Positions 1 to 9,072 of a DNA stretch of 60,513 nucleotides are shown here, piece by piece. Each line of letters opens with the position of its first letter. The first letter of the stretch is position 1. Source of the DNA: a virus (lineage: Duplodnaviria; Caudoviricetes); IMG/VR virus record IMGVR_UViG_3300041973_000006, positions 1 to 60,513 of that record; one strand, given 5' to 3'. The position numbers were made by a program, and so were the translations under genes. The notes beneath the pieces are model-generated. The model searched no databases. It was not told the DNA's origin and worked only from the letters and a program-made list of their open reading frames with translations.

Positions 1-53
1 GCCCCCCCCCGCCCCCCGGCCCCCCCCCCCCCCCACGCAACAGTCGAGCAGCG

Positions 54-413
54 ATGGAACTGCACGCCGAGCTCTCCGCCCATCGACTCGAAGTCGTCCT
101 TATTCCTGCGCCCGACCCGCGCCACCGCAACCACAAGGTCCGCTGCGTGCAGGACCAGAACCCGCGCTGGTACCAGTCTCTTTGCGACCGGCACCAGTCC
201 TCGCGCCGCCGCCGCTCTTTCAAGTCGGACACCAGGATCAGGCGGGAGCACACGCTCCGAGCGCTCGAACGAATCGCGGGCGGCGACACGCGAGGCTCAT
301 ACGCCGAGAGGCTCGCCCCTTACGTCGAGGCGAAGGTTAAGGAGCTACGAGGATGCAGCGGGAAGCGCAAGCCGCCAGCGCTGGAGACATGGGCATGGTT
401 AGCTGCGACCTGA
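54..413 (+). CDS. Hypothetical basic protein
   Basis: 119 aa ORF co-oriented with and overlapping the RNase H gene. Confidence 0.55.
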   Translation: MELHAELSAHRLEVVLIPAPDPRHRNHKVRCVQDQNPRWYQSLCDRHQSSRRRRSFKSDTRIRREHTLRALERIAGGDTRGSYAERLAPYVEAKVKELRGCSGKRKPPALETWAWLAAT

Positions 414-1141
414 CGCAGGTCGTCGCGCTTTACGCTGACGGCGGCTGCATCAGGAAGAACCCGAGCCCTTTCGGCGGCACTTGGGCGTGGTGCGGAGTAA
501 GCGCCGCGGGCGAGCGCATCATCGAGCGCGGCGGCGTGGTCGAGGCCAAGCCTGGTCAGTTTATTACGAACAATCACATGGAGCAGATCGCGATCACGCT
601 TGCGCTCGAAGCAATGCCGGAGGGCTGGTCGGGGCGCGTGCTGTCGGATTCGCAGGTCGCGCTCGGGCGAGTCTTCAGAGGCTGGGCGAGACGGAACCTG
701 CCGCGCAACGTGTCAGAGCGCAGCGCCCGCGCCGTCAAACGACTAGGCCGAATCGAGACGGTGCTTCTCCAGGGCCACCCGACGCGCGCGGACCTCGAAG
801 CGGGGACTGGTAAGAAGCGAGGTCTACCGGTCAGCGAGCACAACGTCTGGTGCGACGGCGAGTGCTCACGCCGCGCCGCGCTCTTCATGGCCGAGGCGTT
901 CCCCGCGACGGAGACGTTGCCGGCGATTCATACGGCGGAAGCCTCGCCGGCCGGCGCGAAATGTAAGGGCTGCGGCTCGACGACCGCGGAGACGGCCTTC
1001 AACTGCCGTATCTGCGCGGAGCGGGTCTGCGTCGAGTGCGAGCTCGACGACGAGCGCACTACCGGCGCCTGCTGGCCATGTCTCGACTTTACGCCCGAAG
1101 GCAAGAGGCTCAAACCCCTTTCAGCCCGGCGGCGCTACTGA
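395..1141 (+). CDS. Ribonuclease HI-like protein with C-terminal Cys-rich zinc-finger extension
   Basis: LYADGGC..NP, TNNHMEQIA, SDSQ, GH..HNVWCD motifs of RNase H; C-terminal CxxC pairs; GGAG upstream of ATG 395. Confidence 0.85.
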   Translation: MVSCDLTQVVALYADGGCIRKNPSPFGGTWAWCGVSAAGERIIERGGVVEAKPGQFITNNHMEQIAITLALEAMPEGWSGRVLSDSQVALGRVFRGWARRNLPRNVSERSARAVKRLGRIETVLLQGHPTRADLEAGTGKKRGLPVSEHNVWCDGECSRRAALFMAEAFPATETLPAIHTAEASPAGAKCKGCGSTTAETAFNCRICAERVCVECELDDERTTGACWPCLDFTPEGKRLKPLSARRRY

Positions 1142-1155
1142 AGGAGGCTCGCGGT

Positions 1156-1302
1156 ATGTATGAGTTGTTCGACGGCCAGGAAGTAGGTCTCCCCGAAGGC
1201 GAAAGGCGTGAGCGGGCGAGCTTGCCCCGCGACCGAATGCGCGTCATGGATACGGTGCTCGCTCTCGTCGTCGGCATGTTACTCGCGATCTTTACCCAGT
1301 GA
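1156..1302 (+). CDS. Small membrane protein
   Basis: AAGGAGG RBS before ATG 1156; hydrophobic C-terminus. Confidence 0.5.
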   Translation: MYELFDGQEVGLPEGERRERASLPRDRMRVMDTVLALVVGMLLAIFTQ

Positions 1303-1652
1303 AGCACGGCGGCATCAATTACGAGAGGTTAAGGTCGGCCGTGCGCGCGCGTGTGGCCGGCATGACGCTGCGGGAAGCTGAAGTGGAGAGCGGAGTCAGC
1401 GCCTCCACTCTCACGAAGTTCCTGCGCGGCCGAAATGGGCTCTCTCGCGAGACCTTCACGAGGCTGGTCGAGTGGATAGGCGTGCCGGCCGAAAGCTTTG
1501 TCGGAAATGGGCAGCGCTGCCAGCCGGAAGGTGCGACGCCCGACAAGATCGAGTGGGCGATCTACGACGACCCGGCGCTCGACGAGAATGCGGCGCGCGT
1601 GCTGGCGAATTTGATGCGCGAAGCGTACGCACGAGCGGAGAAGCCCGAATGA
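1299..1652 (+). CDS. XRE-family HTH DNA-binding protein
   Basis: MTLREAEVESGVSASTLTKFLRG helix-turn-helix; GTGA overlap with the upstream ORF. Confidence 0.8.
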   Translation: MKHGGINYERLRSAVRARVAGMTLREAEVESGVSASTLTKFLRGRNGLSRETFTRLVEWIGVPAESFVGNGQRCQPEGATPDKIEWAIYDDPALDENAARVLANLMREAYARAEKPE

Positions 1653-1943
1653 GCCGCGTCCGCACGTACCAGCTCCCCCCCGTCGAACGACGCCCGCCTC
1701 AGGCTCTACGCGGAGATCGAGCGCGACGCGTCGGCCGTGCTTCGCGCGCACGGCTTTTACATCCGTGACGCGCACCGCAAGGCGTGGGCGGCTATGAGCA
1801 TGACAAATCTTGAGAAGTGCCGCGACGCGTGGAGACGAAGCGCGGCACGCCGGGGCTTCGGAAGCAGCGGCGGGGATCGGGAGCTACCCGCTACCCGCCG
1901 CCCGCTCCTGAGGCCCCGGCCCATAACGTTATGGGAGGAGTGA
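1649..1943 (+). pseudogene. Hypothetical protein split by a +1 frameshift in a C7 run
   Basis: ATG 1649 overlaps the upstream stop; removing one C at 1675-1681 joins it to ORF 1737..1943. Confidence 0.45.
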
Positions 1944-2291
1944 TTGCACAGACCAATACCTAACGGCCACCGCGGCGCCATCGCCACCCTCCTGATCGCC
2001 CCGCGCACGTGGAGCTACTACATCTGCGGGGCTTGCCTGAGGGAGCTGTACTTCACATACGCGGGCGAGTCCTGCCCGCACTGCGACAGCACGGACCTCT
2101 GGTACGACGAAGGGGGCCTGCCGGGCGAGCGCGGCGGCCTCAGGAAAGAGTTTCGAGCCGAAGCCCACTCTACCCCTGCGCTCGACGTGAGCGCGGCCAG
2201 ACCGGCAAACGGTAACGGGGGAAGGCGGCGAAGTGGGAAGCGGCCCCGAAGGAATCGGGGAGGCGGGCGAGAGAGGAGCGTGCCGGCGTGA
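1944..2291 (+). CDS. Zinc-ribbon protein
   Basis: CGAC...CPHC; GGAGGAG upstream. Confidence 0.45.
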   Translation: MHRPIPNGHRGAIATLLIAPRTWSYYICGACLRELYFTYAGESCPHCDSTDLWYDEGGLPGERGGLRKEFRAEAHSTPALDVSAARPANGNGGRRRSGKRPRRNRGGGRERSVPA

Positions 2292-2444
2292 GGACACTTA
2301 TTCCTCCACGGGCAAACCGTCACCATGGTCCCCTTTGCGGGTATGACGGCGATGGACGGTCAAGGCCGCGCTGCCGCGTTAGCTCTCTCGCTTCACTATT
2401 CATTCAATCGTTGCGTTTAGCCACCGATGTGAAAGGACATAAAG

Positions 2445-2633
2445 ATGATTATCTCTGCTACTCAAGAGCAACTTGCAAAAGCCTTCACTGAATGGGATCG
2501 GCGGTATCGAGAGGAGCCCGAACGCTTCCAGTCAGAATCTGAAAGGCTCCTGAAAGAGACGCCGGAAACGTACGGCGAAGCCTGCGCCCCGTACCTAATT
2601 CAAATCCTAGACGAACTGGGGGAAGGCGATTGA
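2445..2633 (+). CDS. Hypothetical phage protein
   Basis: AAAGGA RBS; 62 aa. Confidence 0.55.
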   Translation: MIISATQEQLAKAFTEWDRRYREEPERFQSESERLLKETPETYGEACAPYLIQILDELGEGD

Positions 2634-2990
2634 GGTCGCACCTCTCTCGCTTCGCTAACGGTGTCCGATAACACTCATGTCGCAAGGTTCGCTTTCCAAT
2701 GGGAAAGAAGGGCCTTCGTTCCTGCGCACGGGTCCGCTCGTGCATCGCTTTCCGAGGGCCTTCTTATGAAGCGGCTCAATTCCAACTCGGCGGCGCGGCC
2801 TATTCCGCCTTATCTGTCTCGCGGGACCGGTCAGGTGGAAGCCTTCGCGGACGCCGTGCGCTTTATGAACCGGCACGAATTGAACTCCACCGGCTACGGG
2901 TACTGTCTCGGCTGCCGTGGCTACCACACGTGGCTCGCAGGCAAACATCTGGGGTGCGCACCCGCCCCTCGCAAGGAGCACCTGAACTGA

Positions 2991-4070
2991 ATGTCTAATG
3001 AAACCGGTTCTTTGCCCGGCCCTAAAAAGCGTAAGGATGCCACATTCATCCTTAACAGCTTTCAGACGCCTAATGATTACGTCGACCAGTTCATGTACCT
3101 GCTGACCGGCGACGAGTGGAAGGTCCTCTCATACACCGTACGCCGCATCTTCGGGTTTCATGAGCGGGAAGACTGTGTCAGCCTCACGCAGTATCAATTC
3201 GGCATCGCCTCTGAGGACGGCGCTCGCCTGGACTTCGGCACCGGCCTCTCCCGTCCCACGATCGTCAAGGCGCTTGCCTACCTGATTAAGGTCAACCTCA
3301 TCATCCTCGTCGCCCCTAACGACCCTCGCGTTGATGAAGGAGCCCGTTACGCGCTTCAGCTCGACGCCTCCAAGGTTGACATGGCGGAGCTGCTCAGGCG
3401 CGCCGAGGAGCGCCGTCAGATCAATCTCAACCGTACGGAGAAGGCCCGTCTGGCCTCTCCTCGAAGTGGCAAAAGACACACACACACAGACCTCTCCCGC
3501 TTATCGGACTCCGGTAAGTCCCACTTACCGGGCTCGGCCCCTACTGCGGTAAGTCCCACTTACCAGTCTCGGTCAGTCCCACTTACCAATGGCGGTAAGT
3601 CCCACTTACACACAAAAATCAGTAAGAAATCCAGGGGAAATCCAGACACACACACACCGCACCCGCCGCGCGCCCCGGAGCACCCGCCTCCACAGGGTGA
3701 TGTGTGCGTGTGTGAATCAATCGAACATGACGACTATGTTGACTTCGCCAAGTCCAAGTCGAGCTTCACGGAGCCGGAGGCGTGGGCTGCTGTCCACTGG
3801 CCTATTCGGCACAAGGAGCACCACATCTGTAAGCAGGTCCACGAGTGGAAACAGCGGCGACAGGCTGCTCTCGACGGCAAGGTCGAGGAAAAGCCGAAGC
3901 GCACGCCCTTCCATGCCGCTGCGCAGGCCGTCAACTCCGTCGCGCAGGTGCCCGGCTACGACGTGCGGGGCTTCATCGAGCAGTTGACCGATGTGGACGA
4001 GGAGACAAGAGCACGGCTCTTCGAACAGTTCTGTCCTCCGGAGCCGGCCAGCGCCGCGCGTGCGCCGTGA
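2991..4070 (+). CDS. Lambda-O-like phage replication initiator
   Basis: N-terminal FQTPNDYVD..LTGDEWKVLSYTVRRIFGF..SLTQ..TGLSRPTIVKAL winged HTH; central iteron-encoded low-complexity segment. Confidence 0.8.
   Translation: MSNETGSLPGPKKRKDATFILNSFQTPNDYVDQFMYLLTGDEWKVLSYTVRRIFGFHEREDCVSLTQYQFGIASEDGARLDFGTGLSRPTIVKALAYLIKVNLIILVAPNDPRVDEGARYALQLDASKVDMAELLRRAEERRQINLNRTEKARLASPRSGKRHTHTDLSRLSDSGKSHLPGSAPTAVSPTYQSRSVPLTNGGKSHLHTKISKKSRGNPDTHTPHPPRAPEHPPPQGDVCVCESIEHDDYVDFAKSKSSFTEPEAWAAVHWPIRHKEHHICKQVHEWKQRRQAALDGKVEEKPKRTPFHAAAQAVNSVAQVPGYDVRGFIEQLTDVDEETRARLFEQFCPPEPASAARAP
3512..3610. repeat. Four 18 bp iterons CGGTAAGTCCCACTTACC (lytic origin candidate)
   Basis: Copies at 3512, 3547, 3570 (1 mismatch) and 3593 (1 mismatch), each with internal dyad GGTAAG/CTTACC; A-rich tract follows. 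Confidence 0.85.
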
Positions 4071-4200
4071 TTTACGTTGCATTTCCTTGCCGATTTCGAG
4101 GTCGGCGGTCCAGCAGTAAACCGCTGAAGACAGTGTGGATAAGTCCAGAAACTGGGCCGGTTTTCAGGTGATGCCGGCAACGTGAATTCGGAGGTGAATC

Positions 4201-4671
4201 GTGGCGGAGACCAACTACGACATGGAGTCTGAACGGTTCAGACACGTGGACCGATTCAGGCTCCGCGCCTGGGGTGGGCGGCGCATGTGGACGCTCGAAG
4301 AGCTGGCGCCGGAGATGCTCATGATGCTCCTTTACGGCGACCTGCCGGGCTGGACGCTGATGCAGTCCACCGGCCTGGTCGGCAAGGACGGTGTGCTCGT
4401 CTTCGAGGGCGACATCGTCGAGGCGTGGTCGCAAGGCGCGTGCGCCACGTTCGAGGTCGTCTGGCGGCAGGAAGGTCACCCCTGCCTCATCCTCTGGCCT
4501 GCGTGGCAAAACGGGGATTTCTGGCACATGCACGGCTCCCGGGTTGGCGAGCGCGATGGGCGTTGGCACGACGATCTGCGCGTGCTCGGCAATGTCTTCG
4601 AGAACCCGGATCTGCGGCCGGCGCGGGCGGGGCTGACCCAAAACGTTATAGGTCCGGAGGTGAACTCTTGA
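4201..4671 (+). CDS. YopX-family phage protein
   Basis: FRLRAW..LMQSTGLVGKDGVLVFEGDIV..VLGNVFENPDL signature. Confidence 0.85.
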   Translation: MAETNYDMESERFRHVDRFRLRAWGGRRMWTLEELAPEMLMMLLYGDLPGWTLMQSTGLVGKDGVLVFEGDIVEAWSQGACATFEVVWRQEGHPCLILWPAWQNGDFWHMHGSRVGERDGRWHDDLRVLGNVFENPDLRPARAGLTQNVIGPEVNS

Positions 4672-4848
4672 GTCGCGACTTCAAGGACGCTTGCTTGATC
4701 GGGCTCGGAATGCTCGCGGCCGCGCTCTTCTTCGCGATGCTGCTTGGTGGAGCTGCCGGGCTTTCCGATATCTCGCCGCGCGTCGTGAGGCCCCCGGCTT
4801 CAGACGGAGGTAAGTAACGACCGGCCAGCGCCGGATGAAAGGTTAACC

Positions 4849-5277
4849 ATGCACACTTTTCAATTTCCAGAGCCAGTCAATGTTCAGGACGTCCGCGGCC
4901 TCGTCGCTTTCCTCTACATCCTGCTCCGTGATTATCTGCCCGCCGGTTCAGTCGAGAAGATCATGGTCGAGCACGTTGAGCCGTACCTCGATCAGGAACT
5001 CATACTCTCTAATGAGCACCTGGAGGCGTACGCCAGAGAACTGGCCGCACGTTTGGTCAGGGAGTGGAAGGCGCCTCTCTCCGTTACGGTCGAATCAATG
5101 CCTCCTGGAGCGGACCCACAAGAAGTAGAGGAAAGACTTGAAGACTCGTTAATTACAGCCGGATTGCTGAAACAGCGCAGGGCACCTATCACAGACCTTT
5201 CCCCGTACCGCGACAGGCAGCCTATCGAAGTGCAGGGCGAGCCCGTCTCCGAAACCATCATTAAAGACCGCCGATGA
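4849..5277 (+). CDS. Hypothetical protein with antitoxin-like C-terminus
   Basis: GAAAGG RBS; C-terminal ...PIEVQGEPVSETIIKDRR resembles ends of small antitoxins that precede PIN toxins. Confidence 0.5.
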   Translation: MHTFQFPEPVNVQDVRGLVAFLYILLRDYLPAGSVEKIMVEHVEPYLDQELILSNEHLEAYARELAARLVREWKAPLSVTVESMPPGADPQEVEERLEDSLITAGLLKQRRAPITDLSPYRDRQPIEVQGEPVSETIIKDRR

Positions 5278-5380
5278 AAGGAGCCAGTACTTGTCCTCCT
5301 ATCCCTCGATTCAGCCGATGCTGGCACCAATCGTCATGCTGTCCAAAGGACTCCCATCTGACGGATCCGTGAGGCCCCCT

Positions 5381-5683
5381 ATGACAAAGCGAGAGCGCCT
5401 GCGCGCCGAGGGGAAGTGCGTCAACTATGACCGTTGCGGCAACCAGCTCGGTACGGATGGCACGAGCACTGAGTGTCGCTCGTGTGCCCGGACCAGAAAT
5501 CAGGCTCAAAAGGTACGCATTGCCGCTCTCAGAAGGCGTCTCTCTCACAAAGGCTTGTGCATAGAAGGTTGTGGCGACAAGGCCGAACCTGGCCGCAAGC
5601 GATGTAAGCATCACCTCGCCGCCTTCGCAGAGGATCAGCGTCGCCGCCGTCTACGTCAGGCCCAGCGTCGCCCGCGCGCGTAG
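5381..5683 (+). CDS. Basic Cys-rich zinc-binding protein, candidate late-gene activator
   Basis: Two repeats of G-x-C..C..C..C/H with Arg-rich spacers; last gene before the late promoter element. Confidence 0.55.
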   Translation: MTKRERLRAEGKCVNYDRCGNQLGTDGTSTECRSCARTRNQAQKVRIAALRRRLSHKGLCIEGCGDKAEPGRKRCKHHLAAFAEDQRRRRLRQAQRRPRA

Positions 5684-5734
5684 TGTTGCGCGTAGTGTTG
5701 CGCCGCCAGGCGGACCCTGCGCTGCCCTCATAAT
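5675..5734 (+). promoter_or_regulatory. Putative late promoter 1 (tandem GCGTAGTGTTGC repeat plus CATAAT -10)
   Basis: 33 bp identical to 16507-16539; CATAAT starts 22 bp after its end; precedes the endolysin RBS. Confidence 0.75.
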
Positions 5735-5757
5735 CTCCTTAGTAAGGAGAGGAATCT

Positions 5758-7014
5758 ATGGCCTCAAAGTTCACCGACAGGGACAAGACGGCGGCACGCA
5801 TCATCGTCTCGATCTTCGAGACGGGAACGGCCGCGGGCAATTACTCGGAAGTGGCTGTCCTTGCCGACGGCGCCGGTATCTCCTACGGGGCGCATCAGGG
5901 CACTCACCGCTCCGGCACCTTGCTCAAGATCGTGCAGCGGTACTGTGAGCTGAAGCCTGAGGCCACCGCCGCTTTCGCGGAGTATCTCCCGAAGCTCGGC
6001 GACGATTCCGATAAATCGGTCGCTGCCCTGTCGCGGAACGCAAAGCTCAAGAGTCTGCTGCGTCAGGCCGGCAGAGACCCGTTGATGCGTCGCGCGCAGG
6101 ACGAGGTCTTCGACAGTGCCTACATGCGCAAGGCTGAGGCCGTCTGTGAAGGGTCGAACTTCGTCTTTCCCTTAACGCTCGCTGTCATCTACGACTCGCA
6201 CATCCACGGCTCCTGGGCGCGCATCCGCGACCGAGTTCCCGCCGGACTCCCCGAAAAGCAATGGATCGCGCGCTATATCGCTGAGCGGCGCGCCTGGCTG
6301 GCCGGACATAAGAACCCGCTGTTGCGGAAGACCGTCTACCGGATGGACGCCTTCCAGAAGCTCGTCGCGACCGCCAACTGGCATCTCCAGCCGCCTTTTA
6401 CCGTGCGCGGCGTCCGCGTCACCTCTGCGCTCCTCGACGGCCCTCAACCCGACGTTGCCCCTATACCTTCGGCGCCGCCGGCCGGCGGCGCCGCAAGTCT
6501 TTCCGCCGATGAGGCGTCGGACCCTCAAGCAGAGGCCGGAGGGGTGAACCCTGACACCCCTCCGGCTCTCACCACAGAGCGTTCCGTGAGACGTGTCCCG
6601 CCGCCGGAGCCTCCCACCGACCGCATCAGCCCCGCAGGGCCGGAGGTCGAGCACACGTCTCCTGTGCAGCCGCAGCAGGCAGCCGTTACGGTCGAGGCCG
6701 CACGCGCAGACACGCTTCGCAATAAGGTCAACGTCTGGGTCGCCGCCATCATCGCCACTCTCTCAGGTGTCTGGGCAGCGGCATCCGCCTTCCTCGGCGG
6801 AATGGCCGAGTACTTCAGAGCAAACCCCATGATGGCTGTCCTGGCCGCGGGTGCGCTCGTCGGCCTTGCGGTGATAGCGAAGACTATCATAGATCGGCAG
6901 ACGGCTCTTGAGTTGGAGAAGAAACGCCAGGCTCACGACATCACGCTGACCACGGCACAGCTCGCCGCCGACCCAACCAAGTCGAACGTCGAGATTGTGC
7001 GGAGTTGGAGGTGA
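5758..7014 (+). CDS. Endolysin, GH46 chitosanase-like lysozyme fold with Pro-rich linker and two C-terminal TM helices
   Basis: IVSIFETG, DGAGISYG.HQ, AQDEVFD..YM, LAVIYDSHIHG, YRMDAF motifs; hydrophobic helices near the C-terminus. Confidence 0.75.
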   Translation: MASKFTDRDKTAARIIVSIFETGTAAGNYSEVAVLADGAGISYGAHQGTHRSGTLLKIVQRYCELKPEATAAFAEYLPKLGDDSDKSVAALSRNAKLKSLLRQAGRDPLMRRAQDEVFDSAYMRKAEAVCEGSNFVFPLTLAVIYDSHIHGSWARIRDRVPAGLPEKQWIARYIAERRAWLAGHKNPLLRKTVYRMDAFQKLVATANWHLQPPFTVRGVRVTSALLDGPQPDVAPIPSAPPAGGAASLSADEASDPQAEAGGVNPDTPPALTTERSVRRVPPPEPPTDRISPAGPEVEHTSPVQPQQAAVTVEAARADTLRNKVNVWVAAIIATLSGVWAAASAFLGGMAEYFRANPMMAVLAAGALVGLAVIAKTIIDRQTALELEKKRQAHDITLTTAQLAADPTKSNVEIVRSWR

Positions 7015-7649
7015 TGATGGGAGTCAAATGCTTCTTGATCGTCCCGTCTGACATGGTCGAGCGCAGGCTACGGCGCTACACGTCCGGTGATGGTAATCCC
7101 TGCCCGCGCGTTCCCGGCCAGTACAGTTATCACGACGCGTCAGCGGCCATCGACAGAATCGAATCGTCCTTCCGAGGCCTCGACGGAGAGGTCGCCTCGT
7201 CTTCGGTTGAGGCATGGGACCGGACCGACGAGCGCTGGCCTAAAGCATGCCGCTGCAATTACGTCTTCGTGGAGGATGACGAGTGGCAATACAGCCCTGA
7301 GCGGCTATGGCGACGCGAAGACACGGGCGAGTTGCTTCTGCTGCGCGATGCGCCGCCGGGTGCGATGTACGACGCTTACTGGTACCACGCCATGCCCGAG
7401 TACTGCGGGCTCGATGGCCGGGCGCTCATTGTGAAGCTCCCAAACGGTGTGCCCTGGCACATCGACGGCTGCGCGAACAACTGCACCGACCAGGCCGACT
7501 TCCATCGCGGCGGCCACAAGTGCTGGGTTCGGCACGGCGAGCCGCCCCTTATCACCGTCGACAAGGCGGGAAAGACCTGCGGCGCCGGAGCCGGCTCTAT
7601 CCTCAGCGGCAATTACCACGGATTTCTTCGGCAGGGAGTCTTTACCTGA
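7014..7649 (+). CDS. Conserved Cys/His/Trp-rich phage protein
   Basis: C-terminal W.RHGEPPLITV..SI...YHGFL; coupled between lysin and spanin. Confidence 0.6.
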   Translation: MMGVKCFLIVPSDMVERRLRRYTSGDGNPCPRVPGQYSYHDASAAIDRIESSFRGLDGEVASSSVEAWDRTDERWPKACRCNYVFVEDDEWQYSPERLWRREDTGELLLLRDAPPGAMYDAYWYHAMPEYCGLDGRALIVKLPNGVPWHIDGCANNCTDQADFHRGGHKCWVRHGEPPLITVDKAGKTCGAGAGSILSGNYHGFLRQGVFT

Positions 7650-8140
7650 TGAACCCCTACGTCCTGAATCCCTGGCGCGCCTTCCTCGGCCTGTCGCCTG
7701 TTTGGAAGCTGGTCGCGGCCCTTTTCCTGCTCATGTGCCTGACGGGCCTCTGGGGCTGGTATCACACCGCCAGCTACAACCGCGACCGCGCCGAGTTCGA
7801 GCGCCAGCGTGAGGAGTTCCGGCTGCGTGACGCAGAGCGCGCCTCGGAGCGTGACCAACTGATCGGGCGGGCGCTCGAAGCGGAAAGACAGCTTCCGCCG
7901 CTGCTCAAGGCCAACGAGGAGCTGCGTAGCTCGCTCGCGGAGTTCGGCGCGCGGGGCCGCGCGGCAGTCGCCGAACAGGAGGAGGCGAAGAGGACTTATG
8001 AGGCTGAACTGGCTGAAATCGCCCGTACTTCTGACAACTGTGCTCTGTGCCGCAGGCTTTGCGCAGAGCGCGCAAACGACCCCAACCCCAGATACCGGTG
8101 CGCCTCGGACAAATGCGACGTCTTCTGCGCCAGCCGCTGA
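7649..8140 (+). CDS. i-spanin (Rz-like)
   Basis: N-terminal TM, long coiled coil, C-terminal Cys; position in the lysis block. Confidence 0.6.
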   Translation: MNPYVLNPWRAFLGLSPVWKLVAALFLLMCLTGLWGWYHTASYNRDRAEFERQREEFRLRDAERASERDQLIGRALEAERQLPPLLKANEELRSSLAEFGARGRAAVAEQEEAKRTYEAELAEIARTSDNCALCRRLCAERANDPNPRYRCASDKCDVFCASR

Positions 8141-8504
8141 CGACCTGCGCGCGCAGGCCGAGATGTACGCGGAAGTCAGGATGCTCCGGGCTGTCAACGC
8201 CGCGCTTGGGCGCGAGATAGAGGCCCTGAAGGGCGAGAACGCCGCGCTGAAGAAGCTCGACGAGCGCAGTGAGCAGATCATCGCGCTCGCGCAGACGGCC
8301 ATTACCGCGCGATCTGGCGCTAACCAGATAGACGACCTCCGTGTGAAGGATTGTCAGCAGCAGCTTGCGCGCGCCGACCAGATGATCGCCCGGCAGGATG
8401 CTGAGATACACAGGCTTCGCAACCCCGGATTCTTCCGCGAGATGTTCAGCCCCGACACGCTCTGGAAATTCGGCGCCGGCTTCGCCGTGGGTCGTGCACG
8501 CTAA
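7998..8504 (+). CDS. o-spanin-like exported coiled-coil protein overlapping the i-spanin
   Basis: Starts inside the Rz-like gene in another frame; signal peptide; no clear lipobox. Confidence 0.5.
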   Translation: MRLNWLKSPVLLTTVLCAAGFAQSAQTTPTPDTGAPRTNATSSAPAADDLRAQAEMYAEVRMLRAVNAALGREIEALKGENAALKKLDERSEQIIALAQTAITARSGANQIDDLRVKDCQQQLARADQMIARQDAEIHRLRNPGFFREMFSPDTLWKFGAGFAVGRAR

Positions 8505-8561
8505 TTACTTCGTAACCGGCTTTATCGCTTCGACCCTGACAGTCTGAAAGGAGTACGTGCC

Positions 8562-8921
8562 TTGAGACGAATCTTTGTAACGACCCTCGCCGTGATCAGC
8601 CTGATTGCGGCAACGGTCCCCATGAGTTACCTGTCGCCGCCGGCCGAGGCCGAGCAGGCCGCTTACGCGCAAACCTTCGACGACACCTCCATCGAACAGC
8701 CCGGCACGCCCGCCGCCAGCGACGCCTACGAGATCGACGAGCAGGCGCGCCCGCTCGCGCAGGCGGCCCGTCACGTCCCCGACGTCTTCAGTCACTTGAA
8801 CTTTTACAGGAATATGCAGCCGGACGAACGCGCGGCCCCGGACAAGGGGAACGGCAGCAACACGGCGGGCGCCTACAACTACGTTGCCGGCAAGAGGCCG
8901 GCACACCCCCTGCGCTGTTGA
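8562..8921 (+). CDS. Exported hypothetical protein
   Basis: AAAGGAG RBS; N-terminal signal/TM segment. Confidence 0.5.
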   Translation: MRRIFVTTLAVISLIAATVPMSYLSPPAEAEQAAYAQTFDDTSIEQPGTPAASDAYEIDEQARPLAQAARHVPDVFSHLNFYRNMQPDERAAPDKGNGSNTAGAYNYVAGKRPAHPLRC

Positions 8922-9072
8922 CAGTTGCCGGTCTGAATTGAAGGTTTTCGAAGTCGAAAGACTTGGGGGACGGGACCGGGTGGTGCGGCTAACACCATCC
9001 GGCCCCTAAACCGAGAGGCGCACCCGTCCAAGAAGCGCGCCCCGCGGTCTGCGGTGACACTACCATTTAGCC

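Noticed and set aside
800-865. Diversity-generating retroelement TR/VR pair with 52773-52838
   Set aside because: Differences are not adenine-specific and no reverse transcriptase is present
3512-3610. Possible mini-CRISPR array
   Set aside because: 18 bp repeats with 5-17 bp gaps inside a replication gene; iterons fit better and there are no cas genes
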